In this document: positions 41,158 through 54,432 of the stretch, piece after piece
Position numbering within the stretch: the first letter of the stretch is position 1
Layout: the number at the start of each line of letters is the position of its first letter
NCBI GenBank assembly: GCA_016748015.1
Contig: JAAOMT010000254.1
Location: 186,001 to 250,000 of the forward strand
DNA length: 64,000 nt
Direction: 5' to 3'
Source: Geosiphon pyriformis uo1
Lineage: Eukaryota; Fungi; Glomeromycota
The notes under the pieces: model-generated
The model's input: only the letters and a program-made list of their open reading frames with translations
What the model was told of the DNA's origin: nothing
The model's database searches: none
Made by a program: the position numbers and the translations under genes

Positions 41158-43587
41158 AAAAAAAAAACTTTTTTTCTTCTAAATTTCATGACCATGAATT
41201 GAATTAAGAGTAAAAAAGTTGCAAACAGTTCTTTTTCTATAGTAACTAATAAAGTTTCAACATGAAAGGATCTCTCTGTTATTGAAGCAGCTAGACAAAA
41301 TGTTCTGGCAACATTTCCTTTAAAAAATACTAATAAAAAGCTGTTTTTAGTGACTTCTGGTTTATTTTTTTCACCTTTGGCTGGTAGTTTTTCTCCAGTT
41401 AAAGTTCTTTCAAAAAGACACACTTGAGTTAATCCCAGTATTGTTTCTACTGCTTCTAAGAGCCCAAAAATTTTTAATAACAGACCAGTCAACACATTGG
41501 TCTTTCCTGCTTTTATCATTCCCATTACTATTTCTACTACTACTGCTTCACAAATAACCACAAAAGCAAAAAATTCCAAAAAACAGCAGCAGACAGTTAC
41601 AACTGCTATAGTTACACCAAACCCCTTTGTAGTTCTAGATGAGATCTTTAGTAAGATCTCTATAGCAGTAGACAGTTTTCTTCCTGATATGGATGGCAAC
41701 AGCAGCAGCACATCTCTCAAGATGGGTTAAGATCAACTACTGGCTGTGTTGTCTAATGTGGTACTCTCCAGCAGATCATTACTAATCCCAGTAGCAAAAC
41801 AGTTCATCAATTCAGATGATCTTAAAGATTGGGCTGATCAGATAGAAATGAAGTCAACTGCTTCTTCCCCATTTTCTGACACTGCTAATGGTGATGCTTG
41901 GAAGAATGTGAATGGTCGTCAAAGGTTCTCTGGTTGGGTGGCCTCTAATTTTGTGCCTGGTAGTACATTTAAGATCAAAATGGCCCTGCTTGGTTTGTTT
42001 CAGTTGCTGCCTGGTTGTATTGGGCTTAAGTCAGTTTCACAAGATGCTGTCAAATTGTTCTGTGTGGAATTTGCATTTTAGAAAAGTCTAAATAGTGCTG
42101 TCAAAGTGGCCATTGGTGAAGAGATTTTTCTAACCACTCTTAAAATTGCATGGTTTTCTGGTGTGGCCTCTGTGTTTTTCCCTTCTCTGTCTGTTGCACT
42201 TCGTAATGTTCTCTTGGATAGCTTTCCTGATGACATTAAAGCTGCTCTTGGCATTTTTGGTGTTGTCATTTCTGTTAAGTTGAAGCCAGCTGGCTTGTGA
42301 TAATACACTGTAGTTCACTTCAAGGACATTTTTTCTGCTGCTGAGACTCTCAAACACTGGTCTGTGCTGGTCAAAAAAAATAGTGTCAGAATTCTTTCTG
42401 TAGTTAACCAAAGAAAGATTATTGCTTCAAGAGATGTATTTAAAGCTAAGTTGGTTAGTTTTCTCTTTGGTTGTACTGCCTTTGAGATTAGTAATTTGGT
42501 TTCTCAGGTTGGTGGCCAAACCTGTTTCATTCCCCAATCCCCTGATTCATACTGACATCAATGTTTTGCTGTGGTTACCTTCAATTCTCTGGAATTCTTG
42601 GACAATGCTGTGTTAAAAACTGGTACTTTGTGTAGTTGCAATATTTGGTGGAAAACTCCTGAATGCCATTGCTGCTACAGGTGTCAAGATTTGGATCATT
42701 TAGCAGTGGACTGCAAAGTGTCACCACCTCTTTCTCCCAAGTTTGTTTCTAACTCCACTAGTGATTCCAAAGTTTTCAAGTCTTTGTTCGCTGGGGCTAA
42801 GTCTTATGTCAAAGCTGTTGTATTTGTAGTTCCTTCTGCAGCTGCTGCTGCTGGTATAGATCTTGTTCTTGATTCAACTCCCAAAAGTGTAGTACCTATG
42901 GTTCCTAGTGTCTCCCCTGTTTTGATTGCTGTTGTTAAATCCAGATTGGCTTTTATGGAATCCTATCTTAATAAGTTGGTATTATTAGTTAAGTCTATAA
43001 TTGAACCTGTTGGTTCTCTGGTTGTGCTGATTACCAAACTGCTGTCTACTCCACAAGCTGTAGACATGATATTGAGAGAAAGTATGGTTGGTTTGGAAAA
43101 ACAAGTTAAAGCTGTAGCTACTGTGACTTCTATGTTGAATAGAGACATTAAGTCCCTAACAAAAAAGTATGATCAGATCTCCTTGAAAAATGCATCTGAT
43201 GATGATAATATAGATGATAATGATAATAAGATTAAAGACTTTTCAGTCTATAATGACACCTTTGATATGATGATGCAATTGTGGAAGGATCAGCCTCCTA
43301 GCATCAAATCCAATCCTGATTAAACTGTTAAGTGGATGAGTGGTATGGTTAAGAATAGTCATAAGCTTGTTAGTATTATGGATAAGATGTATGAATTAGA
43401 TATGTTTGATACATTAAGTAACATAGGTAGTATTAGCATGTAGTTAGGGCTTTCTGCTTGTGGTTAATCATATCTTGTGATTTTGTATTATTGGGTGAGC
43501 TGGTTTTGTAAAAGCACCACTTTACTGTAGACATAACTAATAAATAACCAGCATGGCTACATGTTAACAAAAAAAAAAAAAAAAAAA
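41158..43587 (+). mobile_element. H2: ORF1-only retroposon
   Basis: 15-bp TSD TAATTGTTTATTTAG / CAACTGTTCATTTGG (transitions only); GTTAAC plus A-tail; ORF about 41188-43443. Confidence 0.9.
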
Positions 43588-45022
43588 CAACTGTTCATTT
43601 GGGTCTTGAGTTTGGGTGGCAAAAGAGATAGCAGCTATTTGTGGAGCAGAAGCCATAACAGAAACAAGAGCATAAACTAGAAGAGTAAATTCTAGATGCT
43701 CCTTTGGTTATCTTCTATTCTCTGGGCAAGTTCAATAGTCATATCTAATGTGGGATTATTTTTTAAGGCCAAAAGAAGCCAAAAAGCATATGACAGATCT
43801 GTTCTTAATCCTTTTGTAAAGAAATAAATCTTTTGCTTTTCTGTCCAGTTTTTTTCAGAGTTTACTCTTTTAATTAACTTTCTAGACAAAAAATAATAAA
43901 ACTCTTTTTCTCTCAAATTTCATGACCACGACTAAAGCTAAAAGTAAAAAAGTTGCAAACAGTACTTTTTCTATAGTAACTAATAAAGTTTTAACACGAA
44001 AGGGTCTCTTTGTTATTGAAGCAGCTAGGCAAAACATTTTGGTTACATTTCTTTTAAAAAACAGTAGTAAAAAGCTGCCTTTAGCAGCTTCTGGTTTATT
44101 TTCTTCACCTTTGGTTGGTAGTTCTTCTCCAGTCAAAGTTTTTTTAAAAAGGCATACTTGGGTTAGTCTTAGTGTTGTCTCTACTACTTCAAAAAGCCCA
44201 AAGATTTTTAATAACAGACCAGTCAACAAGTTGGTCTTTTCTGCTCTTACCACTTTCACTACTTCTGCTATTTCTGCTTTACAAATGACTGCAAAAGCCA
44301 AAAATTACAAAAAACAGCAGTAAGCAGTCACAACTGCTATGGTTACATTGAATCTCTTTGTGGTTCCAGATGAGATCTTGGATAAGATCTCTATAGCAGC
44401 AGCCAGCTCTCTTTTTGATATGGATGACAATAGCAACAACTTAACTTTTAATATGAAGTAAGATCAACCACTGGTTGTGTTGCTTGATGTGATGATCTTC
44501 AGCAAATTTTCTTCTGCCATAGAAACAAAACAGTCTGTCATTTCAGATGATCTTAAAAATTGGACTGATCAGATAAAAATAGAATCATCTATTTCTTTTT
44601 CAGTTTTTGGTGTTGCTGATGGAAGTGCTTGAATAAATGTGAATAGTCAACAAAAATTCTCTGGGTAGATGGTCTTTACTCTTGTGCCTGATGTTACATT
44701 CAAGATTAAGATGGCCCTTTTTAGTTCCTTGTTTTAACTACTGTCTGGTTGTATTGGACTTAAGTTGGTTTTACAAGATGCTGTTAAGTTGTTCTGTGTG
44801 GAATTTGCATCTTAAGAGAGTCTAACTGGAGCCACCAAAGTGGCCATTGGTAATAAGATTTTTTTGACCACTCTTAAGATTACACAATCTTCTGGTGTGG
44901 CTTCTGTTTCTTCTTCTTCTCTATTAGTTGTACTGTGTGACATATCTTTGGGTACCTCTTCCAATAACATCAAAAATGCTCTTGGCATTTTTGGTGTTGT
45001 CACATCTGTTAAGTTAAAGCCT

Positions 45023-47486
45023 CTTTTTTTTCACCTATTACAAAAAAAAAAAAACTCTTTCTCTTCTAATTTTCATGACCACGAATAGAGCTAAGAGTAA
45101 AAAAGTTGCAAATGTTATTTTTTTTATAGTAACTAATAAAGTTTCAACACAAGAGGGTCTCTCTGTTATTGAAGCAGCTAAACAAAACGTTCTGGCAATA
45201 TTTCCCTTAAAAAATATTAGTGATAAGCTGTCTTTAGCAGTTTCTGGTTTATTTTCTTTTCCTTTGGCTGGAAATTCTTCTCTGGTCAAAGTTCCTTTAA
45301 AAAGACACACTTGGGTTAGTCCCAGTGTTGTTTTTACCACTTCAAAAAGCCCAAAGATTTTTAATAACAGACCAGTCAACAAGTTGGTCTTTTCTGCTCT
45401 TACCATTTCCATTACTATTTCTACTACTACTGCTTCACAAATGGCAGCAAAAGCAAAAAATTCCAAAAAACAACAGTAGACAGTCACAACTGCTTTGGTC
45501 ATACCAAACCCCTTTGTGGTTCCAAATGAGATCTTTGGTAGAATCTCCACAGCAGCAGCCAGTCCTCTTCCTAATATGGATGGCAACAGTAGCGGCACAT
45601 CTCCCAAGATGGGCCAAGATCAACTACTGGCTGTGTTGCCTAATGTGATACCTTCTGGCAGATCATTGCCAATACCAATAGCAAAACAGTTCATCAATTC
45701 AGATGATCTCAAAGATTGGGCTGATCAGATAAAAATAGAATCAACTGTTCCCTCCCAGTTTTTGGTGCAGCTGATTCTAGTGCTTGGGAGAATGTGAATG
45801 GTCATCAAAGATTCTCTGGTTGAGTGGCCTCTAATCTTGTACCTGGTGCTATGTTTAAGATCAAGATGGCTTTGCTTAGTTTTTTGTTTTAGCTGCTGCC
45901 TGGTTGTATTGGGCTTAAATCTGTTTCTCGAGATGCTGTCAAGTTGTTCTGTGTGGAATTTGCATCTCAGGAGTGTCTAAATGGTGCTACCAAAGTGGCC
46001 ATTGGTGATGAGATTTTTTTGACCACTTTTAAGATTGCATGGTCTTCTAAAGTGGCCTCTGTTTCTTTTCTTTTCTTGTCAGTTGTACTGCATAATGTAT
46101 CTTTGAGTATCTTTTCTGATGACATCAAAACTGCTCTTGGCATTTTTGGTGTTGTTACTTCTGTTAAGTTAAAGCCTACTGGCTTATGGCAATACACTGT
46201 GGTTAATTTTAAGGACATTTTCTCTGCTATTGCTGCTCTCTTTAACTGGTTTGTATTGGTCAGAAAAGATAGTATTAGGATTTTTCTCATTGTCAACCAA
46301 AAGGAAATTATCTCCTCAAGAGATGCATTCAAAGCTAAGTTGGTCAATCTTCTATTTGGTTGTACTGTCTTTGAGATAAGTAATTTGGTCTCCCAAGTTG
46401 GTGGCCATACATGTTTTATTCCTTGCTCCCCTGAATCTTATTGATGTCAATGCTTTGCTATAGTTACCTTTGATTCTTTGGAATCTCTAAATGCTGCTGT
46501 GTCAAAAACTGGTATCTTGCATAGTTGTCGCATCTGGTGAGAAACTTCTGGGTGTCGCTGCTGCTACAGGTGTCAAAACTTGAATCATTTGGCTGTGAAC
46601 TGCAAGAAGTTGCCTCTTCTCCCACCTAAACTCCCTTTCAACACCTTTGGTGGCCCCAAAAATTTCAAATTTTCATTTGTTGGATCTAAATTTTATGCCA
46701 AGGCTGCTGCTTTTGTGGTTCCTCCTGGTGCTGCTGCTGCTGATATGGAATTAAATCTTGGTGGTTCTCCCAAAATTGCAACACCTGTGGTGTCTGCTGT
46801 CTCTTCTGTTTCCAATACTGCTGTTGAATCTAGGTTGGCTTCTTTTGAATCCCATCTTAGTGAACTATCTGTGTTGATTAAATTCTTGGTTGAACCTGTT
46901 AGTGCTCTGATTGTATTGGTTACCAAATTGCTGTCTACTTTATTTGTTGTGGATATGTCAGTTAAGGAATATGTAGATGGGTTGGCTAAGCAAAATAAAA
47001 GCTTGGCTGCTGTTGCCACCATAATACAGAAAAGATTAACATGTCTTGAGACAATAAGTGAATGGATTTGCTTAGAGAATAGATCAAATGTTGATGATAT
47101 GATTGATGATGTTGATGATGATGATGATAAAGATAAAGATTTTTCAGTTTATGATAATACCTTTGATGTCATAATGCAACTATGGGAAGATCAGTCTTTA
47201 AGAATCAAATCCAGTCCTGATCAGACTGCTAAGTGGATGAGTAGTATGGTTAAAAATAGTCATGAGCTTGTTAGCATTATGGGTAAGATGTATAAATTAG
47301 ATATGTTTGATACATTAGATAGCAAAAGTAGTACTAGCATATAGTTAAGGCTTTCTGCTTGTGGTTAGCCACATCTTGTGATTTTTGTATTATTGGGTGA
47401 GCTGGCTTTGTAAAACTGTCACATCACTGTGACTTAACTAATAAATAACCAGCATGGCTACATGTTAACAAAAAAAAAAAAAAAAA
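45023..47486 (+). mobile_element. H4: ORF1-only retroposon nested in H3
   Basis: 15-bp TSD GTTAAGTTAAAG(C/T)CT (45008-45022, 47487-47501); A-tail. Confidence 0.92.
45075..47344 (+). pseudogene. H-family ORF (about 750 aa): low-complexity N-terminus, 2-3 RRM-like folds, CCHC knuckle, coiled coil, acidic tail; LINE ORF1p-like
   Basis: Consensus across copies: VVLxDVPLGTSSDDIKxALGIFGVVTSVKLKPAGLWQYAVVxF, AKLVNLPFGCTAFEI..FAVVTFDS, CYRCQDLDHLAVDC, SRLASLESHLSELSVLIKSL. Confidence 0.8.
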
Positions 47487-48755
47487 GTTAAGTTAAAGTC
47501 TGCTGGCTTATGACAATATGCTGTAGTTAATTTTAATGGTCAGGAAAGACAGTGTTAGAATTTTTCTCATTGCCAACCAAAAAAAAATTATCTCCTTAAA
47601 AGATGCTTTTAAAACTAAGCTGGTAAATCTTCCATTTGGCTGTACTGCATTTGAAATAAGTGATCTGGTCTCCCAAGTTGGTGGCTGTACATGTTTCATT
47701 CCCTGCTCTCCTGATTCCTATCGACTTCAATGCTTTGTGGTGGTAACTTTTGATTCCTTGGAATCTTTAAATGCTGTTGTTTCAAAAACTGGTACCTTGC
47801 ATGACTGCCGCATCTGGTGAGAAACTCCTGAATGTTGTTACTGCTACAGATGTCAAAGTTTAGATTACTTGGCTGTAGGCTGCAAAGTGCTGCCACCCCT
47901 CTCTCTCAAACTCTCTTCTAATTCTGCTGGTAGTGCCAATATCTTCAAGTTATCCTTTGTTGGAGTTAAATCCTATGTCAAAGCTGCCACCTCTGTGGTT
48001 TCTCCTGTTGCTGCTGCTGATAATATAGATCTGGCTTTCAGTTCCCCTCCCTAAAGGTGTTGTGTCTCTGTTGTCTGTTGTCTCCTCTGGTTCAGATATT
48101 GCTGTTAATGCTAGGTTGGCTTCTTTGGAAACTCAACTTAGTGAACTGTCTTTGTTGATCAAATCTATAATTGAGCCTGTGGGTTTTTTGGTTGTGTTGT
48201 TTATTAAATTATTGTTTACTCCTTCTGTTATGGCAGAGGCAATAAAAGAAAGTGTGGTTGAATTGAGAAACCAAATTAATGGTGTTTATACAGTGGCTTC
48301 TGTGCTATAAAAGGAAGTAGGGGCCATTAGGTTGAGGAGTGAAAAAGTTCACCTTGACATATCTGATAATGAAGACATAGATAATGATAATAATGATAAT
48401 AATGATGTTAAAGATTTTTCAATCTATGATGACACATTTAATGCAATGATGGAATTATGAGAGGTTCAATCCTTTAATGTTAAATCTGATCCTGATCAGA
48501 CTGCTAAGTGAATAAGTGATCTCAATAAGAGTAGTCATAAGCTTGTATGCATTATAAGTAAGATGTATGAATTAGATATGTTTAATACATTATGTAGCAA
48601 AAATAGTATTAATGTGTAGTTAGTGCTTTTCCACTTGTGATTAGTTGTATCTTGTGATTTTTGTATTATTGAGTGAGCTGGCTTTATGAAACCACCACAT
48701 TATTGTAGACTTAACTAATAAATGACCAGCATGACTACACATTAACAAAAAAAAA

Positions 48756-49600
48756 TTAATTAACTTTCTGATGGCTTTGGCATATTTAGTTACCACTTTA
48801 CTAGAACCTTAGATTTTTTTTTCTAGTTTTATGCACCATTTAGAGATTAGGATGGGAGTTCTAAATTTAGTTTCAAACCAGGTTGTAAAAGAGATATTTT
48901 TTTTTCTAGCATTTGTTGGTGCTTATCTAATAATTTTTTGGTGAACACTAAGATTAGTTTTTTGTAAGAACCAAGTAGCAAAAGAGCCTTAGGAGTAGCC
49001 ACCAACAATTTAAAACTTGTATTTATTATCATATTGGTTGGTTGTAGCAGCTCTTTCAAAGTCATCTAATTATTTGATTGGATCTTATGTATCACCTCTG
49101 AATAAAGGTAGTGGAATGTTATTTCTTTACCCTAAAACAGTTTGTATGCCTTGGAGGGTGATCAGAATATTTTGTTGCATGGGGTTATTAGTCATTAGTT
49201 CAGGAGTAGCTATTTGTGTAGAATGTTCTGATTTATTTGAGAAGAGGTCAAAAACAGAAACAGTTTGATAGCTTTTTTCTTCTGTTTCAAAGAGTGTTTC
49301 AGCTAGCTGATAGGCAGCAATCCAAATGTGAATTTGATAATTCAGATATTCAAAATTAGGAGGCTGTTGTTTAAAGGTTGTGGAGTATAAAAGCTGATTG
49401 ATATTGTAATAAGTTGTATAAGCTGTGTAGGTTTCAGCTAAATACTTATTCAGAAACCAGTTTCAAAAGTCTTAGAATTGTCTGCTGGATTGTTTTTTGA
49501 TGGAAAAGCAAATCAAGTAGAAAGGCAAAGAATTAAGTTCAATAAAATCTAGATTATTTTTGTTGTGTGCTTTAAAATATTTTTCTAATTATTGTGACAA
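48756..49600 (-). pseudogene. G gag N-terminal part (continues at 43883-43588, 41157-40951 and 15523-15010)
   Basis: PLFRGD..DP..LDDFERAA, VTKYAKAIRKL, FTKGLR, CYCCGLTGHFSKDC at 40970-41010. Confidence 0.85.
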
Positions 49601-49670
49601 ATATGAATAATTACCCATATAATAGAAAACAAAGTGGATTTTGACAATCTTACAGGGAGCACCACTTTTA

Positions 49671-50336
49671 TGTTATGGGTTAGAGTAACAAGCTAATGGA
49701 TAGCAAGAGAAAACAGGATTGTAGGGTAATAAAAGGAATCAAAGAGAATTCAACTTTAAAGAGTGAATTAAATGAGTATGGATTCAATGTACAAGATCAG
49801 TCTCATAAAATATCTCAGTTGCTATACTTTTTAAAAGATTACTGAGGAATCTAAAGGTAAAAAAATAGTCTATACTGTCAACAAATGATCACACACTGGT
49901 ATAATTCTATGTCTCATGTTTATGCTCTTAGAATTCAATATCAGATATCAGATATATTCTTTAGTCACATTTTATTTAATAATTTTCAAATGCTGCAATT
50001 ACACATTTCAGAAAAAGTGTAAGAAATAACCAACAAGTAGTTTTTTATCCCAAGATGTTTGAATACTTGAAAGTAGGGAAAGAGAATTTAGCAATAAAAG
50101 AAGGATTGAGATGAAGTTGTTATTTTATTTCTTTTTTTTCCTTAATTTTTACATGCTTTTCTATAGCTAAAAAATTCATTGCTTATATAGCTATCAAAAG
50201 TGGTCAATAATCAGGTTAACAACTAGATCAATGATCAAGTCAATGATTACTATTTAAAAATAGAGTGGCTAATTATATAATATCAGTAACTAATACATGT
50301 AATAATTAATAAAAAGTATAAGTTTTAACTATAATA
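49671..50336 (-). repeat. 5' LTR of G (666 bp)
   Basis: TGTTATGG...CTATAATA (decayed CCATAACA); PBS at 49649-49664. Confidence 0.88.
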
Positions 50337-51315
50337 ATACTCTCATAAACAAACATGATAATAGACTTGAACAACTACTCTGCCTTAATAGAATTTTTAG
50401 GTAAAAGACAATACCCACCAGAATATATTTGACAGCAAAGAGAATATTTATGCAAACAATCAAATTTTTATTTAATTTGTCAGAACCAATTATATAAAAA
50501 AAATAAAAAAGATCTTTACCACTCTTAAGAAAAATTGTAATATACAACATGTATACTGACCCATTAGCAAAATACTTTGAAAAAACAAAAACAATTCAGA
50601 AAATCTTAGCTCATTATTATTGGTTTATCTTGAGAAAAGACATTGCTAAATACATTAAAACCTGTAACATTTGCCAAAGAAGAGACAAATCCAATTGAAA
50701 AAAAAATATCAATCCAATCTTTGTTGGTCAACCATTTAATAAAATTGGTATAAATGTTGTTGGATCTTTAACAATAACTTCTAATAACAACAGATATATT
50801 ATTACAGCTACTGACTATCTTACAAAGTGAGTAGAAGCAAAAGCCACCCAGATCAAACAACAGTCTCAATAGCCAATTTCATTTATAAAGATATCATCTG
50901 CCATCATGGCTGCCCTAAAAAACTTTTATCTAATAAAAAAAGAGCTTTTCTCAGTATACTGGTTAAAAAACTTTGCAGAAAAATGGGAATATGTTATAAA
51001 CTTTTCTCTTCTTACCACCTTCAAACAAATGGCCTAGTAGAACATTTCAATAAAACACTATACAAAATCTTAACCAAAACCAGTAAAGAAACAAACTTAT
51101 AGGACAAAGTACTGTTTTTAGTTTTGTTTGCTTATAGAACTGTAAATCATGACATAACAAGTTATGAATCTTTTTATCTGCTCTATGAACACATAACAAC
51201 ACTACCAATAGAAATTAATATTGAAACAATACTCTTTAAAGAAATCACAATAGAAAATTATAAAGACATTTTACAAAGAAAACTTGATACCATTTTTAAT
51301 TTATTGGTAAAAGCA

Positions 51316-53740
51316 GTTAGTGTAATAATTTTTTCTCTCCTAAATTTTATGACCACGATTAGAGCTGAGAGTAAAAAAGTTGCAAATGTTATTTTTCTTA
51401 TTGTAACTAATAAAAGTTCAACATGAAAGGGTCTCTCTGTTATTAAAGCAGTTAGACAAAACGTTCTGGCTATATTTCCTTTAAAAAACATTAGTGAAAA
51501 GCTGCCTTTAACAGCTTTTGGTTCATTTTCTTTTCCTTTGGCTGAAAGTTCTTCTCTAGTCAAAGTTCCTTCAAAAAGGCACACTTGGGTTAGTCCCAGT
51601 GTTGTTTTTTCCACTTCAAAAAGCCCAAAAATTTTTAATAACAGATCAGTCAACAAGTTGGTTTTTCCTGCTTTTACCACTACCACTATTTCTGCTATTA
51701 TTACTGCTTCATAAATGGCTGCAAAGCCAAAAATTCCAAAAAACAGCAGCAAGCAGTCACAACTGCTATGGTAACACTAAACTTCTTTGTGGTTCCAGAT
51801 GAGATCTTGAAAAAGATCTCCACAGCAGCAGTCAGCTCTCTTCCTGATATGAATAGTAACAGCAACAGCATATCTTACAAGATAAAAAAAGATCAATTAC
51901 AGGCTGTGTTGCCTGATATGGTACTCTCTGGCAGATTTTTATCTGTCATAATAACAAAACAGTTTATCACTCCAAATGATCTTAAAGATTGGACTGATCA
52001 GATGGAAATGGAATCAACTGCTTCTCTCTCAGTTTTTGGCACTGCTGATAGTGGTGCTTAGAAGAATGTAAATGGTTGTCAAAAGTTCTCTGGTTGGATG
52101 GCCTCCAATCTTGTGCCTGATAGTACATTTAAGATCAAAATAGCCCTGCTTGGTTTCTTGTTTCAGTTGCTGCTTGGTTGTATTGAGCTTAAATTAGTTT
52201 CATGAGATGTTGTTAAGTTGTTCTGTATGGAATTTGCATCTCAGGAAAGTCTAAATGGTGCCATTAAAGTGGTTATTGGTGAAGAAGTTTTTCTGACCAC
52301 TCTTAAGATTGCACAGTCTTCTGGTGTGGCCTCTGTGTCTTTCCCTTCTCTGTCTGTTGTACTTCATGATGTTCTCTTGGATACCTCTCCTAATAACATC
52401 AAAGCTGCTTTTGGCATTTTTGGTGTTGTTACTTCTGTTAAGTTGAAGCCAGATGGCTTGTGACAATACACTGTGGTTTACTTCAAAGACATTTTTTCTG
52501 CTGCTAAGGCTCTCAAACACTGGTCTGTGCTGGTCAAAAAAAATAATGTCAGAATTTTTCCTGTATTTAACCAAAGAGAGGTTATTGTTTCAAGAAATGC
52601 ATTTAAAGCTAAGTTGGTTAATCTTCTCTTTGGCTGTACTGTCTTTGAAATTAGTGATTTGGTTTTCCAGGTTGGTGGCCAAACCTGTTTCATTTCTCAA
52701 TCTCTTAATTTATACTGACATCAATGTTTTGTTGTGATTACTTTTAATTCTAAAATTCTTGGACAATGCTGTGTTAAAAACTGGTACTTTGCATAATTAC
52801 TGTATCTGATGGGAGACTTCTGGATGTTGTCACTGTTACAGGTGTCAAAATTTGGATTATTTAGCTGTGGACTGCAAGATGTCACCACCTCTTCCTCCCA
52901 AGTCTGTTTCCAACTTTATTGGTGGTCCCAAAGTTTTCAAGTCTTTATTCACTGGAGCTAAGTCTTATGCCAAAGCTATTGCCTTTGTGGTTTCTCCTGC
53001 TGCTGCTGCTGCTGGTATAGATCCTGTTTTGGATTCACCCCTCAAAGTTGTAATACTCATAGTTTCTGGCATATTCCCTGTTCCAATTGCTGTTGTTGAA
53101 TCCAGATTGGCTTTTATGGAATCCCATCTCAATGAGTTGGCATTGTTGGTTAAGTCTATAATTGAACCTGTTGGTTTTCTGATTGTGCTGGTTACTAAAT
53201 TGCTATCTACTTCACCAGCTGTGGACATAACATTAAGGGAAAGTGTGATGGGTTTGGAAAGACAAGTTAAAGCTGTGGCTGTTGTGGCTTCTATGTTGAA
53301 TAGAGATGTTAAGTTCTTGACAAAAAAGTGTGATCGGATCTCCTTGAAAGATGTTTTTGATAATAATGATATGAATGATGACAATAATAAGGTTAAAGAC
53401 TTTTCAGTCTATAATAACACCTTTGATATGATGATGGAACTATAAGAAGTTCAGCCCCCTAGTATCAAATCCAATCCTAATTAGACTGCTAAGTAGATGA
53501 GTGGTATGGTTAAGAATAGTCATAAACTTGTTAGCATTATGGGTAAGATGTATGAGTTTGATATGTTCAATACATTAGGTAGCAAAGGTAGTACTAGTGT
53601 ATAATTAGGGCTTTCTGCTTATGGTTAGCCACATCTTGTAATTTTGTATTATTGGGTGAGCTGGCTTTATAAAACTGTCATATTACTATGGACTTAACTA
53701 ATAAATAACTGATATGGCTACATATTAACAAAAAAAAAAA
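51316..53740 (+). mobile_element. H5: ORF1-only retroposon
   Basis: 12-bp TSD TTGGTA(A/G)AAGCA (51304-51315, 53741-53752); A-tail. Confidence 0.9.
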
Positions 53741-54432
53741 TTGGTAGAAGCATGAATAATTGTCTTTGAAAAAATAAAACAGTTTCAAAAAAAGCTTAAG
53801 AAAAAAAAAACTTATAAAACACTTTCTTTAAGTATTGGTGACTTAGTATTGAAATACTGTTTAAACAGAAACAATGTCTATGGTAATAAATTTTTTAGCT
53901 GGTAAAAAGAATCTTTTTTACTCAACAAAGTTTTTAACAATAGTTCTTATATTCTTTAAGATCCATTCAGAACAATTTTCAATGATTATCTTGTTCATAG
54001 TACATTACTCAAAAAATATTATAAATAACTTAATTGGTTGCCTGTTGTGATAATACTGACTCAAATGATTAACAAAAATCAAGTATAAATAAATACATTA
54101 TTCCCAAAACAGAAGTATTTTCAATCAACATAAACAATTATTTCCTGGATCAAAACATTCAAAATGCCTTTTATACTCTTTATGAGTATTGAATAACAAT
54201 GGAATACATACTGTTATTAGACCAAAGAAAACTATTATTAGAAGAGAAAAAATTGGTAACAAAATGGATAAAAATATGTTAGAAAATATAACAGCAGCTA
54301 TACTCTTATCTTCCAGCACAATTGGAAAAACACTCCAAGAAATCTTGCTCATAGACAAAAACTTGCCATATAAAACTCTATGGTCACTTTGGTAAAATTA
54401 TAAAAAACATGAAACTAATGAAGAAAATAACT

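Larger units (their letters stand above)
43884..48755 (+). mobile_element. H3: ORF1-only retroposon, split by nested H4
   Basis: Perfect 14-bp TSD TTAATTAACTTTCT (43870-43883, 48756-48769); ORF resumes at 47487. Confidence 0.9.
1140..50336 (-). mobile_element. Ty3/Gypsy family A element G, split by nested insertions (own sequence: 50336-48756, 43883-43588, 41157-40951, 15523-14272, 4272-1140); 3' LTR outside the window
   Basis: The protein sequence is continuous across every insertion junction (e.g. AKAIRKLI|KRVNS, CYxCGLTGHFSKDC..PPPAP, HGPCARCWC|DKSLYS). 5' LTR and PBS at the right end. Order gag-PR-RT-RH-IN, no dUTPase. Confidence 0.9.

Noticed and set aside
45038-45607. Long antisense ORFs over the H N-terminus in all six copies (possible ORF0-like gene)
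   Set aside because: Starts and ends vary between copies, and the antisense frame has few CAA/CAG/CGA/TGG codons, so C>T decay rarely creates stops there. Best explained as a shadow of the sense codon bias.
47341-47470. Hammerhead or HDV ribozyme in the H/LINE tail (CTAATAA as decayed CTGATGA)
   Set aside because: All seven tails have CTAATAAA unchanged, which fits a poly(A) signal; no correctly placed GAAA or stems were seen.
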